From positions 243,236 to 307,235 of the forward strand of contig NMRA01000219.1 in assembly GCA_002633005.1 (NCBI GenBank): DNA of 64,000 bases, written 5' to 3'. Shown here piece by piece: positions 1-12,984 of this stretch; positions within the stretch are counted from its first letter, which is position 1; each line of letters opens with the position of its first letter. Source of the DNA: Phoronis australis. Lineage: Eukaryota; Animalia; Phoronida. The translations under genes and the position numbers were made by a program. The notes beneath the pieces are model-generated. The model saw only the letters and a list, made by a program, of their open reading frames with translations, had not been told where the DNA came from and did not search any database.

Positions 1-1733
1 TACAACGGTTCCCGAGGTAAATTTGAACTCCGTTGACAAAGAACGGTGAAATCGTTGTTTAAGATTGCGAGAGTTCTTCGAGTACCCCCTTTCGACATGT
101 ACGCGGTCATCAGAAATAGTAGCATAGACAGCAGTTTCCACATGTGCCGGAAATGCCTTACAAACAAATCATTGTAACCATGCATGCAACCAGGGGGCTC
201 GGGGAGCTCGCACGAACCCCTCCCCCCATTTGGCGAAGTGGGCAAAAAGGTCCGCCTCAGAGAAAAACAAGACTAAAGTCCACTAAAAAGGCAAAAAGCC
301 AGGAATTTGGCGGGAATGCTCAATTCATAGCTCAGATCGTAGTACCCCGTTTTTTTCTTGGTCCTCGTTTTTTTTGTAAAAAGTCCACATTCTCAAAAAT
401 TCGAGCCCCCTATACTTTAGGCTGGGAGAGCCGATGATAACCATCTTCAAAAGAGATACTATTCTTGTGATACTATGGGAAACAGTAACATTATTTTATA
501 ACTAACCACCGGAAATAGTCACAAACAGTGGTCTTCACATTCTTCAATATTGCACCCTTTCAAATGCTGTCAATCCTATTGTATTTTGTTCACATTTTTT
601 GGTTGTTTGGGTGGAATGTCTTGATACTGCTGTGTCGGGCACGAATGTTTTGTATTTTTTGATGAATTTGGAATCTCCAGTTCCCTCGTGAATACTTGGC
701 AGTGTCGGATTTACATGTATAGACGGACAAGGGACATTTCCCTCGAAATGCTTCACCGAGAGAGGGTCCCATCTGAAATCGGACACCTCAAGATGAAAGG
801 CTACACATCATTGAGCTTGAACGTTGTGTTTCTAACTAATTTGACCAAGCAATCACAACGAAAAGGAACTATAAGCGTGCAAGTTCCACTTTAAGGATTT
901 TTCAATAAGTATCATGGTACAGTTGAACAGATTTATTTTTTTGTTATAAACCATACTTCGTTTAAATACTTGAAATATTTTCCAATCCTAGGAGCATGAT
1001 TTTTGTTTTACATTGGTAGTCTATTAGTTTGTAATTATTTCAGAACACAATTCAATTAACTAATTAATGACGTTTTTAATGTATGAGCCTCGTCTCTGAA
1101 TCACAGATGCCATGCTCACATTGAACTTTGGGATTAACCGTACGGGGTCACACAAATTCAGTGGACTTCCCAACAAATGTACGTGTGCAGGTAGCCTCAA
1201 AGGAAAGAATCAGCAGGGATTGTCCGAGCGACATGAGGTCCCCTGACAATCAACACTGAGTGATAGGCAAAAACGAGGAGAGAATTTATCCCAGAGCTGA
1301 GGAGAATCCAAGGAGTCCACATGAACATTTTTATTTATCAACAGCCAGGTGCCCAAATGTTTCGCCAGAATATCTGGAATGGTATTTCCCCAGAGATTAC
1401 CAATTACTCGCCGTCGGTCACAACAAGTCTAAAAAATCCTCAGTTGACAATTTCCCTTCAAGGTACTATCTGCTGCTAAGAATTGTCACAGACATCTTCT
1501 GCCTTCCTATGGTCCACGTGTAAAGAGAGTGTAAAGCTTCAATACATTTAGAAGTGTCTTTTCCTGTGGTAACGTGTTAATGAGAATTGTACGTGGACAA
1601 GCGAATCTAAGAGGACGAGTATTTCCTTAGAGACCAATCTTCGGTGGTCTCGAAATTTTGTATAGGACTTAAGCCCTCTTGCAATTGTATGAAATCTAAA
1701 ACAAGAAATAAAGTCCGGCAATGAATGTTACGA

Positions 1734-2306
1734 TCACGCTGCTGTGCTGATGTTTATGAGCGACGTTTTGCAAGGAGGGCCGGTAGTGAACGTGACCTCT
1801 CTTTTGGGACATTGCGGATAAGTGGCGTTGACTGGACGATCACTCGGTTCCTGAGGATCTTGGAGACCACATACTTCATAGGCCAGCTTAAAATTTTCCT
1901 TTGTCGGTTTGAATGCAACATCTTGCATGACTTCTATTTGGTGGTACACGAAATTTCCAAGTATTGTGCGTTTTAAACCCACAATCGCCTCTTTGCCATG
2001 CTCGATGACGTCACTCATGCACGAATCGAGGGGCCCGACATACACGACTGTGACGTTTTCCGAGATGTTCTTGTCATCCCCTTTAATGATGCAATACACT
2101 CTGAAAGTCATATCAGTACGATTACTACCAGTGCCATCATCTACTTCAAAACGTCCAATATCTTTGCCGTAAAGAACTACATCGGAACGATACAATATCC
2201 ACTGCATGCTGCGTTCCACCCAGTTACTGGCGACGGAACATCCAAATGTTTGAGCAGTGAGCGCCAAAACACCAACTGTCGTAAGTGCAAGTAGTCTGTA
2301 TTCCAT
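1734..2306 (-). CDS. Secreted 190-aa protein with predicted NtA/TIMP-like OB-fold (CCDC3-N-terminus-like)
   Basis: Hydrophobic signal peptide ending TFG|C; mature N-terminal Cys; motifs RSDVVLYGK, FRVYCIIKG and VYVGPLDSC resemble the agrin NtA pattern; 6 Cys and several N-glycosylation sequons; splice acceptor just upstream (2346) and a donor at 2786. Confidence 0.75.
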   Translation of the reverse strand: MEYRLLALTTVGVLALTAQTFGCSVASNWVERSMQWILYRSDVVLYGKDIGRFEVDDGTGSNRTDMTFRVYCIIKGDDKNISENVTVVYVGPLDSCMSDVIEHGKEAIVGLKRTILGNFVYHQIEVMQDVAFKPTKENFKLAYEVCGLQDPQEPSDRPVNATYPQCPKREVTFTTGPPCKTSLINISTAA

Positions 2307-3831
2307 GATCAGTCACAACACCGTTCTCTGAGGTAACAGGATTATCTGAAATTGAATATTTGATTTATCATTGAAAAGTTGGATTGGGATAACCTTGTCT
2401 CGCGTCCCATACCTACCATTCCAAAAATTCACGATTTTGATGTACGTATTTTAAGATCATAATGATGCTAAAGGCGTTGAAGACAAGGGTAGCCGATGAC
2501 CTATTACACAGATGACGGCATCGAAGACGAGACTATAACGAAGACCACAATTCGGGTGGCTGATTTTGACATTATTATTGGTCTAGGACAATAAAAGACC
2601 TTGCTTGCACCCTATCTCAGCTTGAAACACATGTAAATGAAGCAGAACTCACAGAAGGCACCCTCAACGGTGAAGAAATTCAACGAAACCATATGTCTTT
2701 TTTCTGGAAAAAATTAGATAAATGCCACAGAAAAAATGACCAAACCCACAATAGTGGCATATTAGTACCTAAAATTACAAACTCACCATTGTCCTGAGGC
2801 AAACGAGGACACAAGAAAACGAAAGCTCCTGCTATGGCTAGATATCAGAAATTTAGGTTAAAATATACGTGACCAAATTTTTAATAATTTCCATTTGTCT
2901 GAAGGGTACCTGGATTGACGTCAAAATTTTAACACTGCAAATAATGATGTGCGCTGAAAATAGCGGTAATTCCATTTCCGGGTAGATTGTTCGAAGTGCT
3001 GTGGGTACGGAGTTCAGCAACGCTAGGACCTACGCTAGTCAAAATCACTGTTCTCATTTAAAATACTAGACAATATCTCACGTAATCTCGCCGGCGAAGT
3101 TTTGCTTTTCAGCGAGATCCTAACGTTACTAAACCCTACCAAGCTCATTTCTGGATTCCATTTTCAACTCCTCTTTAAGGAACTACCGTCCTGAGAAGTA
3201 CTTCCTATTTACTCTACAAAATTGCCGTCAGACTTGACCACCCCATTTTCTTGGACAAGCTAGAAAAACCCGGACTGTGATGACCTCCACCCAACTCCCA
3301 AGTGTCGACAGGCGCTAAATGGTAACAACAAAAATTGTCATAACTAAGCAGTTACGACAAACACCATCTTGGTCGCTTATCGGTAGATCTGACCCAATGA
3401 GTACAATCCTAATTAAGGACCAGAACGATCAGTCGTTATTTATTCCACAAACTCACGAGATCGCGTGGTCGAAAGCTTATACAAATGAGGCAAAAGTAAA
3501 AATGACGGCGATGAGCGGCTCTGATAAGAAAGTATGCAGTACTTTGTGTCATGCACGTCGTAGGGTCTGGATCAAGGTACACTGGGTGGCCAAAGCTATC
3601 AAAAATCCCTAATTCCACCTCCACTATTCACCTGTTAATTCCCCCAGAATAAGACTACACGGTACCTCCCGGCTGTCGCCTGCAGTAAGCCTACTAGGGG
3701 CTGCTAAGTGAATTCCTTGAGATAATTTGGGGTCGAAACTTCTTGGTTTATCTGGTACAGTGATGAAAACAAACCCTAGTCACTTTTACAAACGTAAGTC
3801 TGGTCACATTTGTTTTAGGCCAAAACAGAAG

Positions 3832-4560
3832 CACGAACTTTAAAATTAGCGCGTACGTAAATAAAGACATGTTGGTCCGACGCAACCAATCAAGGCACCT
3901 GCGGAAGTTTGTCGTGGGACTGAATTGAAGAAAGTATTTCTCAATCTTCCTTATTTGGGTAACAGTAGTTGTGTGGTCGACAGGCAGGTTAAGAGAATGC
4001 TTGGAGCTATTGCTACATGTTGCAACTTGTAACAATCTGAACCTGTAAACAGAGTTTTGTCATTGTCTAGACTAAAAAGACCATTGAGTAATTCTCAAAG
4101 AAGTGATGTTGTGTACCAACTCAACTGTAATGAAAATGAGCAGTTTTACTTTGGAATGACCAACAGGGTTCTTAGCATCAGAGGCAAAGAACACTGTAAA
4201 GACACACACAGTGCTGTTCTCAACCGTTCATTGACAACTGGTCACACTACAGGTTGCTCTGGTGTTCAGATCTTAGACAAGGATAATGCCACCCTCACGC
4301 TCCTCATAAAGGAGGGTGTGCATATACATTGAACCATGCTGGGCACCATCTCAATAGAAACATTGGTTCACTTGAGCCCCAACTGTTTTGATTTCTGCAC
4401 TCTCATCTCACCATGCATTTTGATGTGGACAGTTTGTTTCCACCTGTGTCGCCTGTTTGAGTATGTGAACTGTTGCCTTGAGAATGGTTTAAAGCAATAA
4501 ACCGAAACGTCGGTTCAACATGTCTTTATTCTATGTACGCGCTGATTTTAAAGTTCATGA
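3832..4560 (+). mobile_element. Truncated Penelope-like retroelement (GIY-YIG endonuclease relic + pseudo-LTR with inverted copy)
   Basis: ORF 4057-4332 DVVYQLNC...YFGMT.R.L..R.KEH...LLIKE is a PLE GIY-YIG pattern; 3832-3882 is an inverted copy of 4508-4560. Confidence 0.8.
4472..4519 (+). ncRNA. Penelope-associated hammerhead-like motif (variant core)
   Basis: gttgcC-TTGAGAA-tggttta aagcaa taaacc-GAAAC-GTC-ggttcaac: stem II ggttta/taaacc, GAAA, GUC triplet and partial stem I. Confidence 0.5.
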
Positions 4561-5844
4561 AACGTATAAGCTTGTGGACGCTCTGTCGTGGCCAGCTTCG
4601 TTGATCCCGTTCAGACTGTGATACGGTCTAGCTCTGTTGCAGGCCGGGACATAAATATATCCACCGAGGCCACCGCATACGCAGAGCTGAGAGCTCACTA
4701 GCTCTCTGTCTCGAGCAAAACTTACATTGTGTCCGCACATGCAGTGAAGCAATATGTTCACGTGACTTGTAAACAATTACCTAACGGTAGCGAGAGATTG
4801 TTGAGCAGCCAGATGGTGGCACATCAATATTGAACTGCTGAAGATAATCGGCTGAACACAGACACGAATAAGAGGTACGCGCCTCGAATGAAAATTGTCT
4901 CAGATCATAGGGGCTCACATTTGCCGCGGCGTCAAAATAAACGGAGGATTTTGCCATCTCGGGAGTCAATTTTGGGAGTGTCTTGCGTGTTGGAGTTCAT
5001 TTACCTGGGTAGTAGTAAATCCTCACAACATTCGAACCGATCACCTTCAGTTGCCAAATAAATTTATACTGAAGTGAGTCACAAATCTCTCTCGTTTGCA
5101 CATTCTAGCCGTGTGTTGTAAATTCACGTTGCTTATTACAAAAGTAGTAAATAGGTCATTGAGCATTTATGGGTAATCCGCATCACGCGTATGAGCTGAG
5201 TTGTAGTTCAGCACTTGAGGGTAACATTTCAGCCTCGCCGTTAGTTCATGTGCGTGACCCGCAGGGCCACGCGTGCGGCGCGAATCTTTTGTGACCTCAA
5301 GCGCTATAGGCTTAGGGATGGGGGAGCGGGGGAACAGCTCGAGAAAAACACAAAGACTGAAGCATACAAAAGTAAGAAAAGTAGACAATGTCAACTCTTT
5401 CCAAAAGAGTAAACTGTAATTCCACGTGAAATTTGCGACTTGGGCTTCAACTTTATTCATCCAGCGCGTCGGCGACGTTAACTGAAGCTGTTAGCTCTGA
5501 TTTCATCTGTAGCCAGCGCACACGCCGGCATGATCGGATGATTTGAGAAGAACTACAAAAATATCGCGTCTGGATTGAAAATTTACTAATCTCTACTTCG
5601 AATCCTGGCTATGAACATTAGGTCATCGCACCGTAGGAATGGCCCGGGAGTCACGCTCAAGTTAAATTACACCACACAAACCTCAGATTAGCGATCGCGT
5701 ATTCCTATGCCTCACTTTCTCAAATCTCCCAGTGGTATCACAAGTTAGCCAAAACAGTTACGGTATGTTTATTCAACGGACGGAAGGACGCATGTATCAC
5801 TAGTTAGACTGGCTGGCGTACACTGACGCTTACAAGCATATGTG

Positions 5845-8825
5845 TCATTCAACGTCTGCAGCACGGGTTTTGCCATTGCATAACATAGACCATTACGCAT
5901 AACATTGAATAGGTGTATGGCCTGAGCATTATTCGATAATCAAAGGGCCAGAAGCGTATGAATGTTTTTCAACACCGCAAGTGCGGAGCAGACCGGGGGC
6001 ACGCCGGGATTTTTCGCATAGTCAGTTGATAAAATGAAAATATTTTTGTGCCCGGGACGTTGAGTTGGCGTTATCATTTCAGGGGACACGAAAACGACGT
6101 GGTTTGTACAGAAAACGCAGATTGACAATATGGTTAAGGGATTGACAAAGGCATCGAACATTCTTTGTGCCCAAGTGTGATGTTAGCTGAGACTAGGGTT
6201 GTGGATACTGAGCTCGGCGAAGAATATGTGGCTCTGTGGAACGGCGAAGACCGCGGGACTTCAGTCTTGACATAAGACATTTGTGGTTTTGTCGTGGACG
6301 GTGACCACCGTCTCTAAGCTGGCCCCAGTAGAGACAGTGAAGGTCCCATGCTATAGCAGCGAAGCTTTTCGACGAATTATGCCTCTGATTAAAACATCAG
6401 TCATATTGTTATAAGTACATTTTGCGCATAGAGTGGATATCTTAGGAGGCTGTTGATGTCCTTAGTTCCTTCCAACTTGAACAAATACTCCCGCAATCTC
6501 GACCGTTCAGCTCATTACGCACACGGAGCACTGTGGCATGACTACGTGGGCGTATGCATATCACGAGTAACAAAATAATTTTCTGCGCGTTATGTTGATC
6601 TCGCTGGTTCCCTGCGTGCCGCTAGGTGGTCCATAAAGTAGCCAGCATGCTGGTGACGTACGTAGGGAACGAGTATGTTGATTTGCTATACGGGGATGGC
6701 GTAAGCAAAACCGGAGTAAATCCATATACTGCGCAGGCCCGTTTGTGGATTCCTAAACCGCGCAACAATTTAGGAATCGGGTAATAGAACAGGAAATGCC
6801 TCGTATCAATAATTCGATGATAGTAGTCCTAAATTATGCGTTTTCAATTGATTAATAGATTCTAGTAGTATTTCCTGTATTTTTTGATAATTTCGTGATG
6901 CCCCTACTGAACGCTGATTTTACTATATACGTTACATATAGCAATATAAATTGTCGAAAACATATCCTTCCTTTATATCCAAAACTTGTTGGGGACCTAG
7001 AGGGGATAAAAGACGTTTGTGTCGTGCATAATGCCAAGCGTGCAGGGCATTGTATGAGGGTTTTCGTAGTTAATTTGTATTCTATAATACCGTCGCGTCC
7101 GCTTTTGTTGACTGAGATGATGTCTTTCTTCGTGACAGCCATCTTGTCTAGCATCACTCAAGGGTAGTTATTTTACACTGAGGTAAAATAATCAAGGTCA
7201 ATCTAGCTAAAATCAAGTGTCACCTGCACATAATGTGAGGGAAAAGCTCATCATCTACATAATTTAGATAAAGTTTTAGTCTAATAATGGAATAAATTAA
7301 TACTTACAAACATTAGCGACGTTGCGTCCGCANTCATTCAACGTCTGCAGCACGGGTTTTGCCATTGCATAACATAGACCATTACGCATAACATTGAATA
7401 GGTGTATGGCCTGAGCATTATTACTTGTTCGATAATCAAAGGGCCAGAAGCGTATGAATGTTTTTCAACACCGCAAGTGCGGAGCAGACCGGGGGCACGC
7501 CGGGATTTTTCGCATAGTCAGTTGATAAAATGAAAATATTTTTGTGCCTGGGACGTTGAGTTGACGTTATCATTTCAGGGACACGAAAACGACGTGGTTT
7601 GTACAGAAAACGCAGATTGACAATATGGTTAAGGAATTGACAAAGACATCGAACATTCTTTGTGCCCAAGTGTGATGTTAGCTGAGACTAGCGTTGTGGA
7701 TACTGAGCTCGACGAAGAATATGTGGCTCTGTGTAACGGCGAAGACCGCGGGACTTCAGTCTTGACATAAGACATTTGTGGTTTTGTCGTGGACGGTGAC
7801 CACCGTCTCTAAGCTGGCCCCAGTAGAGACAGTGAAGGTCCCATGCTATAGCAGCGAAGCGTTTCGACGAATTATGTCTCTGATTAAAACATCAGTCATA
7901 TTGTTATAAGTACATTTTGCGCATAGAGTGGATATCTTAGGAGGCTGTTGATGTCCTTAGTTCCTTCCAACTTGAACAAATGTTCCCGCAATCTCGACCG
8001 TTCAGCTCATTACGCACACGGAGCACTGTGGCATGACTACGTGGGCGTATGCATATCACGATTAACAAAATAATTTTCTGCGCGTTATGTTGATCTCGCT
8101 GGTTCCCTGCGTGCCGCTAGGTGGTCAGTAGCCAGCATGCTGGTGACGTACGTAGGGAACGAGTATGTTGATTTGCTATATGGGGATGGCGTAAGCAAAA
8201 CCGGAGTAAATCCATATACTGCGCAGGCCCGTTTGTGGATTCCTAAACCGCGCAACAATTTAGGACTAATCGGGTAATAGAACAGGAAATGCCTCGTATC
8301 AATAATTCGATGGTAGTAGTCCTAAATTATGCGTTTTCAATTAATTAATAGATTCTAGTAGTATTTCCTGTATTTTTTGATAATTTCGTGATGCCTCTAC
8401 TGAACGCTGATTTTACTATATACGTTACATATAGCAATATAAATTGTCGAAAACATATCCTTCCTTTATATCCAAAACTTGTTGGGGACCTAGAGGGGAT
8501 AAAAGACGTTTGTGTCGTGCATAATGCCAAGCGTGCAGGGCATTGTAGGAGGGTTTTCGTAGTTAATTTGTATTCTATAATACCGTCGCGTCCGCTTTTG
8601 TTGACTGAGATGATGTCTTTCTTCGTGACAGCCATCTTGTCTAGCATCACTCAAGGGTAGTTATTTTACACTGAGGTAAAATAATCAAGGTCAATCTAGC
8701 TAAAATCAAGTGTCACCTGCACATAATGTGAGGGAAAAGCTCATCATCTACATAATTTAGATAAAGTTTTAGTCTAATAATGGAATAAATTAATACTTAC
8801 AAACATTAGCGACGTTGCGTCCGCA
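5845..8825. repeat. Near-identical tandem duplication (5845-7332 and 7334-8825) split by a single n; probable haplotype-overlap assembly artefact
   Basis: Two ~1.49-kb copies with scattered SNPs and small indels, joined exactly at n 7333. Confidence 0.85.
6600..6673. mobile_element. Tiny MITE with 9-bp TSD (TATGTTGAT); duplicate copy at ~8095-8163
   Basis: Starts CTCGCTGGTTCCCTGCGTGC, ends CGTAGGGAACGAG, flanked by direct repeat TATGTTGAT. Confidence 0.7.
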
Positions 8826-10883
8826 TATCACGGACTTCAGATTGGCTTGTGACGTTATCGTTATTCTGGCCAATTGATAGCGTTTTGACCAGTCGGCGCG
8901 GCATTGACATCAGAACTCCAAATCGAATCTTAAACCGCCTCTTTTATTTAAGGTTATATCCAACCTTAATTAGTGGCCTCCATTCTAACTCTTATATCAA
9001 AAAACTAAGCTTTGTCAATTAGTAAAAGTATATATTTTCTGAAAGAACAAAGACCAGGAACTGTAAAAATACTTTTTGTATTTATGTTCCGTAATCATTT
9101 TTACGTAAAAACATTTTTTAAGTCAAAATTTTATTTTTAAGAAAGGTACATCCACAGCAAAATAACCCGTTGGTCGATTTTAATGAAACCTTTTTAAATG
9201 AAAACTTCTACAGTTACCTCAAAAACAGCGCTGTTAGGAATTTTCGATTAGTGTGTTCGTTTGGTTTCTATGACAAATCAACTCCCAAAACATAAGGTAT
9301 TTTTGCATTCGTCTTTGTCACATTACGCAAAAACTAGGCCTTTATATCGAATACAGCGTTTTTGAGATTGATGACTAAGTATTGAGTTTGGAAATTTTCA
9401 GCAAAATCCACATAGCCGTTTTCGAGAACTAGCTGTTCCTAAGTTCAAATAAAGTCGATTTGCCGAAGCCGAGAAAAAGCCGATTAAACTGGGACGAGTG
9501 AAAATCTCAAAGTCTTCGGTTAATTTTTCGGTGACAATTTGTTTTCGGCACACATAACCTATGCAAGCCTTAACTATGTTAGCTATTTCACGTTCACTAG
9601 CAATGTCAACTGATTTTGTAGTGCGTAATTAACTTAATTATCATTAAAACCTCAAAAAGACGTATCATTCCCAGCCATTTTTACTGTTGTTTACGACCTA
9701 CTTTCTAAGTAGGCCACAGTTCGATTATCGGACTTACGGATTGAGTTGGCTACGTTGCGTCCTCCTCTCGAGGACTTCAACAGGCCACTGAGATGTCACA
9801 TGAATCCTCATGTGATCCACAGCACGAGCGCGGTATACTCTTTAGTGCCCTATCTCACGTCCTTGGCAACAGAAACCTCAGGCCCCCTTGTCTATTTAGG
9901 CTAGGATTCTCAACTCTTTCATTGCTTCCTTGACCCCTCTCCTGAACTAATTTTCCTCTCTATCCAAAATTGTGTCATTTCTAACGAAAATCGGATCGTA
10001 TGTCGTTAGCATAAGATCGAAACATCGAAACGTCAAGTTATTAATTGAATTAAGGAATTAGGGTGAGGATTTATCTCTTTTCACAATTTGCTGTGTTGAT
10101 CATGACCATAAAGGCCTGAGGCGACTCGTAACATTCGTTTTCAACGCCAACGGTCGTATGCATGCAGACGCACAACTCCTTTAGGATCAAAACTACGTTT
10201 TGTCTTTGTTTTCCCTGGAACCATTCTATCACAAACACACCTCTTTGGCTCAATGTTATGGCGACTTGGTGAATGAAAGGACTGAGAGTATACGAAGGTG
10301 TTCTCTACCTGGCGGGAGATTCGATTTGATTGAAAGCCCTTTAACCTTTGGGTATGCCAACTATGTTGCCTGTGGGCTCATGAAGAATGTATTGCAGATG
10401 AACAACAGTTCATTTGTCCTAATTGTGACTAAGATTCAGGGTTGTTTGATAACCACATATTTGATTCAAGTAACGGTGAACTATATCAAAAAGACTGGAA
10501 ATCAAGTGTACTAATTTAAGAGGCAATGCTCAAAACTCACTATTTGCTATCTCAGTCTTTTTATGATGCCTACCTGGCAAATTACTAGGAAAGCTTGCTT
10601 CCAAAACATTTTTCTTTATTGTAGTAAAAATGGTGGATTAATGATACCTAGTAAGTTTTATTCAGACTAAGGGATGAGAATTTCAAACTAAAAACATGGG
10701 CCCACGCAGCAAAAAGTGGGGGCTATAGCCCCCCCCCTCCTCAGCCCCCAATGGTGCGCCGCCCTGGACAAAAACAAAAGCAGCAGAGCATTTTTTTCTA
10801 TGTAACTGGTCTTGAAGACTCATACGTAAGGATACAGCCAAAAAAAAAAACTCTTGGCGGGGTGCCCACCTAACATCCACATG

Positions 10884-11053
10884 CAGCCTCCCGTTCAGTA
10901 GCGCTAGGACCTCGCTAAGAAGCAAGACTTCGCGAGATTACGTGAGATATTATCGTGTATTTTAAATGAGAACACGTGACTGTGACTAGGTTTTAGCTAG
11001 GTCCTAGCGTAGGTCCTAGCGTAGGTCCTAGCGTCTACTGAACGCACACCAGG
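10884..11053. mobile_element. ~160-bp MITE family (other copies 3012-3133 and 49381-49540)
   Basis: Shared sequence GTTCAGTA.CGCTAGGACCT...CTCATTTAAAATAC...AATATCTCACGTAATCTC with imperfect terminal inverted repeats; three copies in the window. Confidence 0.75.
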
Positions 11054-12984
11054 TGAGTTAAAAAAATAATTTCCGGCGGTCTGGTACACGTTGTACCAGA
11101 CGTGCGCAGACTGCTCATGTGGGCTCATTGCACTGATAACCGGAAACTATTTTTGTGTCACACTAGGCCACACTTCCTCCTCTGCAGGTGAGTTGGGCCA
11201 CTTATCAAATATTTTCGACCAAAACAGATGAACATAAATAGCGATTTTTGTCTGCAGTTGACTGTATCTTTTTGTGAATTATCAATCTTTGATATCGTTA
11301 TAAGATTACAGGCTTTACTCGATCAGATTGAATAAATGCAAATGTCAGCCTGAACGAAGAAGTGGCTCAACACACTTTGTCTTAAGCAGTTAAAGGTTAT
11401 TTTCTTCTGGTAACGTGCAAGAGTTTTGATTTACATGTTTATGTACCTTTGGCGAATGGCCCTCAATAACTATGTCGTTTGTTTTGATTTTTGTTTTGAG
11501 ACGGGTCTTAAAACATCAAGTCAGAAAGTTGACTCTTCTCGTTTTCTGTGGTTATACTGCGGTCGGAATGCAGAGGAGTTCATGGGTGTTATATTTATTT
11601 TTGGTTTAATAAACAGCTTCATTCTTACGTTATGTACTTTGAAGTTCTCCATTTTTACGCGTCGATGTAGGCCTGAATATGCTTTCACCATGAACAGCTT
11701 ATAGACGACTAACACGCGAGCTGATAAAAATGACCTGGAGAGCATTACAAAAATGCACCCAGATGCACTTTGTATTCGATGGGCATCTAGACTCGAGTCG
11801 GCTGCCTGTATCGATGAGGAAATTACGTTAGCCCCGCAGTGGACTGCAGGGACAAGAATTCCACCTCACCATTTTTCAAAAGCCCCCCCCCTCCAGTTGT
11901 CCCAGTTGGCCACTGACCAACTCTCCGCCCCAGTTGCTATCCATTTCAGTCCCATCAGGCAGGGATCCAGGGGTTCACACGGACACCCCTACTCGGATGT
12001 ATTATGTCGTGTGGCTGAGGCGAATCTTCGAAGAAAGGTCCGAAACCCTGTTCAGAGTGTCGTAAGAGGGCATTATTTGTAAGTTTGGATCTTTTTTGAC
12101 AGTGGTGCCTTCAACAGGACTATCCAGGCTTTATGTTTTTTACTTCCCAAACTCCCCTCGATCCCTGAGCACAACCCTGCAGGATCTGTATCTGTCCACC
12201 CCCAATCGCCCACTTCCACCCGGTCTCCACCAATTAGTCACCCCCTGATGTATTTCCCGTAGTCTTTGCATTGACTTTCCTGACCGATTTTTTCTTGATT
12301 TACTCGAGTTTGCGCCTATGTGTTTTTCCAATACACGTAGAGCTCAACGTTCATACGTTATCATTTTTTTAAAATGGGCGCAAATTAAACTAAATAAAGT
12401 CGGCAACATGATCGTCAACATCTCGTGTACCCCAGCTCATTTCGCATGCCCGCTATGGTCCATAAACGCAGCAGTCAATATAGTGCTGGAGTACGTGAAC
12501 TAAAATTCTGTTTAATCTCAAGATTGCATATGCGTGAAACTGGAATACACGAACAAACTTGTCACTTTCATTCAAATCACAACGTTCCTAAAAGTTTGCA
12601 CGGCACCCAATCAAATTACATGTTTATAAAATAATGCAAATTTTAACCAGCCATTTTCAAATATTAGTGAATTAGTTCACCAAACAATAATATATTTAAC
12701 CATTCATTAGTGAAGTGTAAGCCAAGGCCTTTGTTTAAGGAGGTGCATGGAGTAAGTTGTATTTAATGAGTTCTGTTTGCCTTAGAGGCGATTGTGTCTA
12801 TGTGACTCTAAAACCGCTCTGAGGTGTTGTTGTGTTACAACTATTATTAAAATCTCTTGGTCTATTTACACCGACCACTTGTCTACTTACACTGTCGCTA
12901 CGTTTCAGTCGGTCTATTCTCCGGACATCGTCAGGTGTTCCTGCGTTCTTAGAAGAACGAGCAGGGATATATATATTCATCATG

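Noticed and set aside
6852-8660. Duplicated 90-101-aa ORFs as a gene pair
   Set aside because: No recognisable domain or splice context; repetition is explained by the n-joined duplication.
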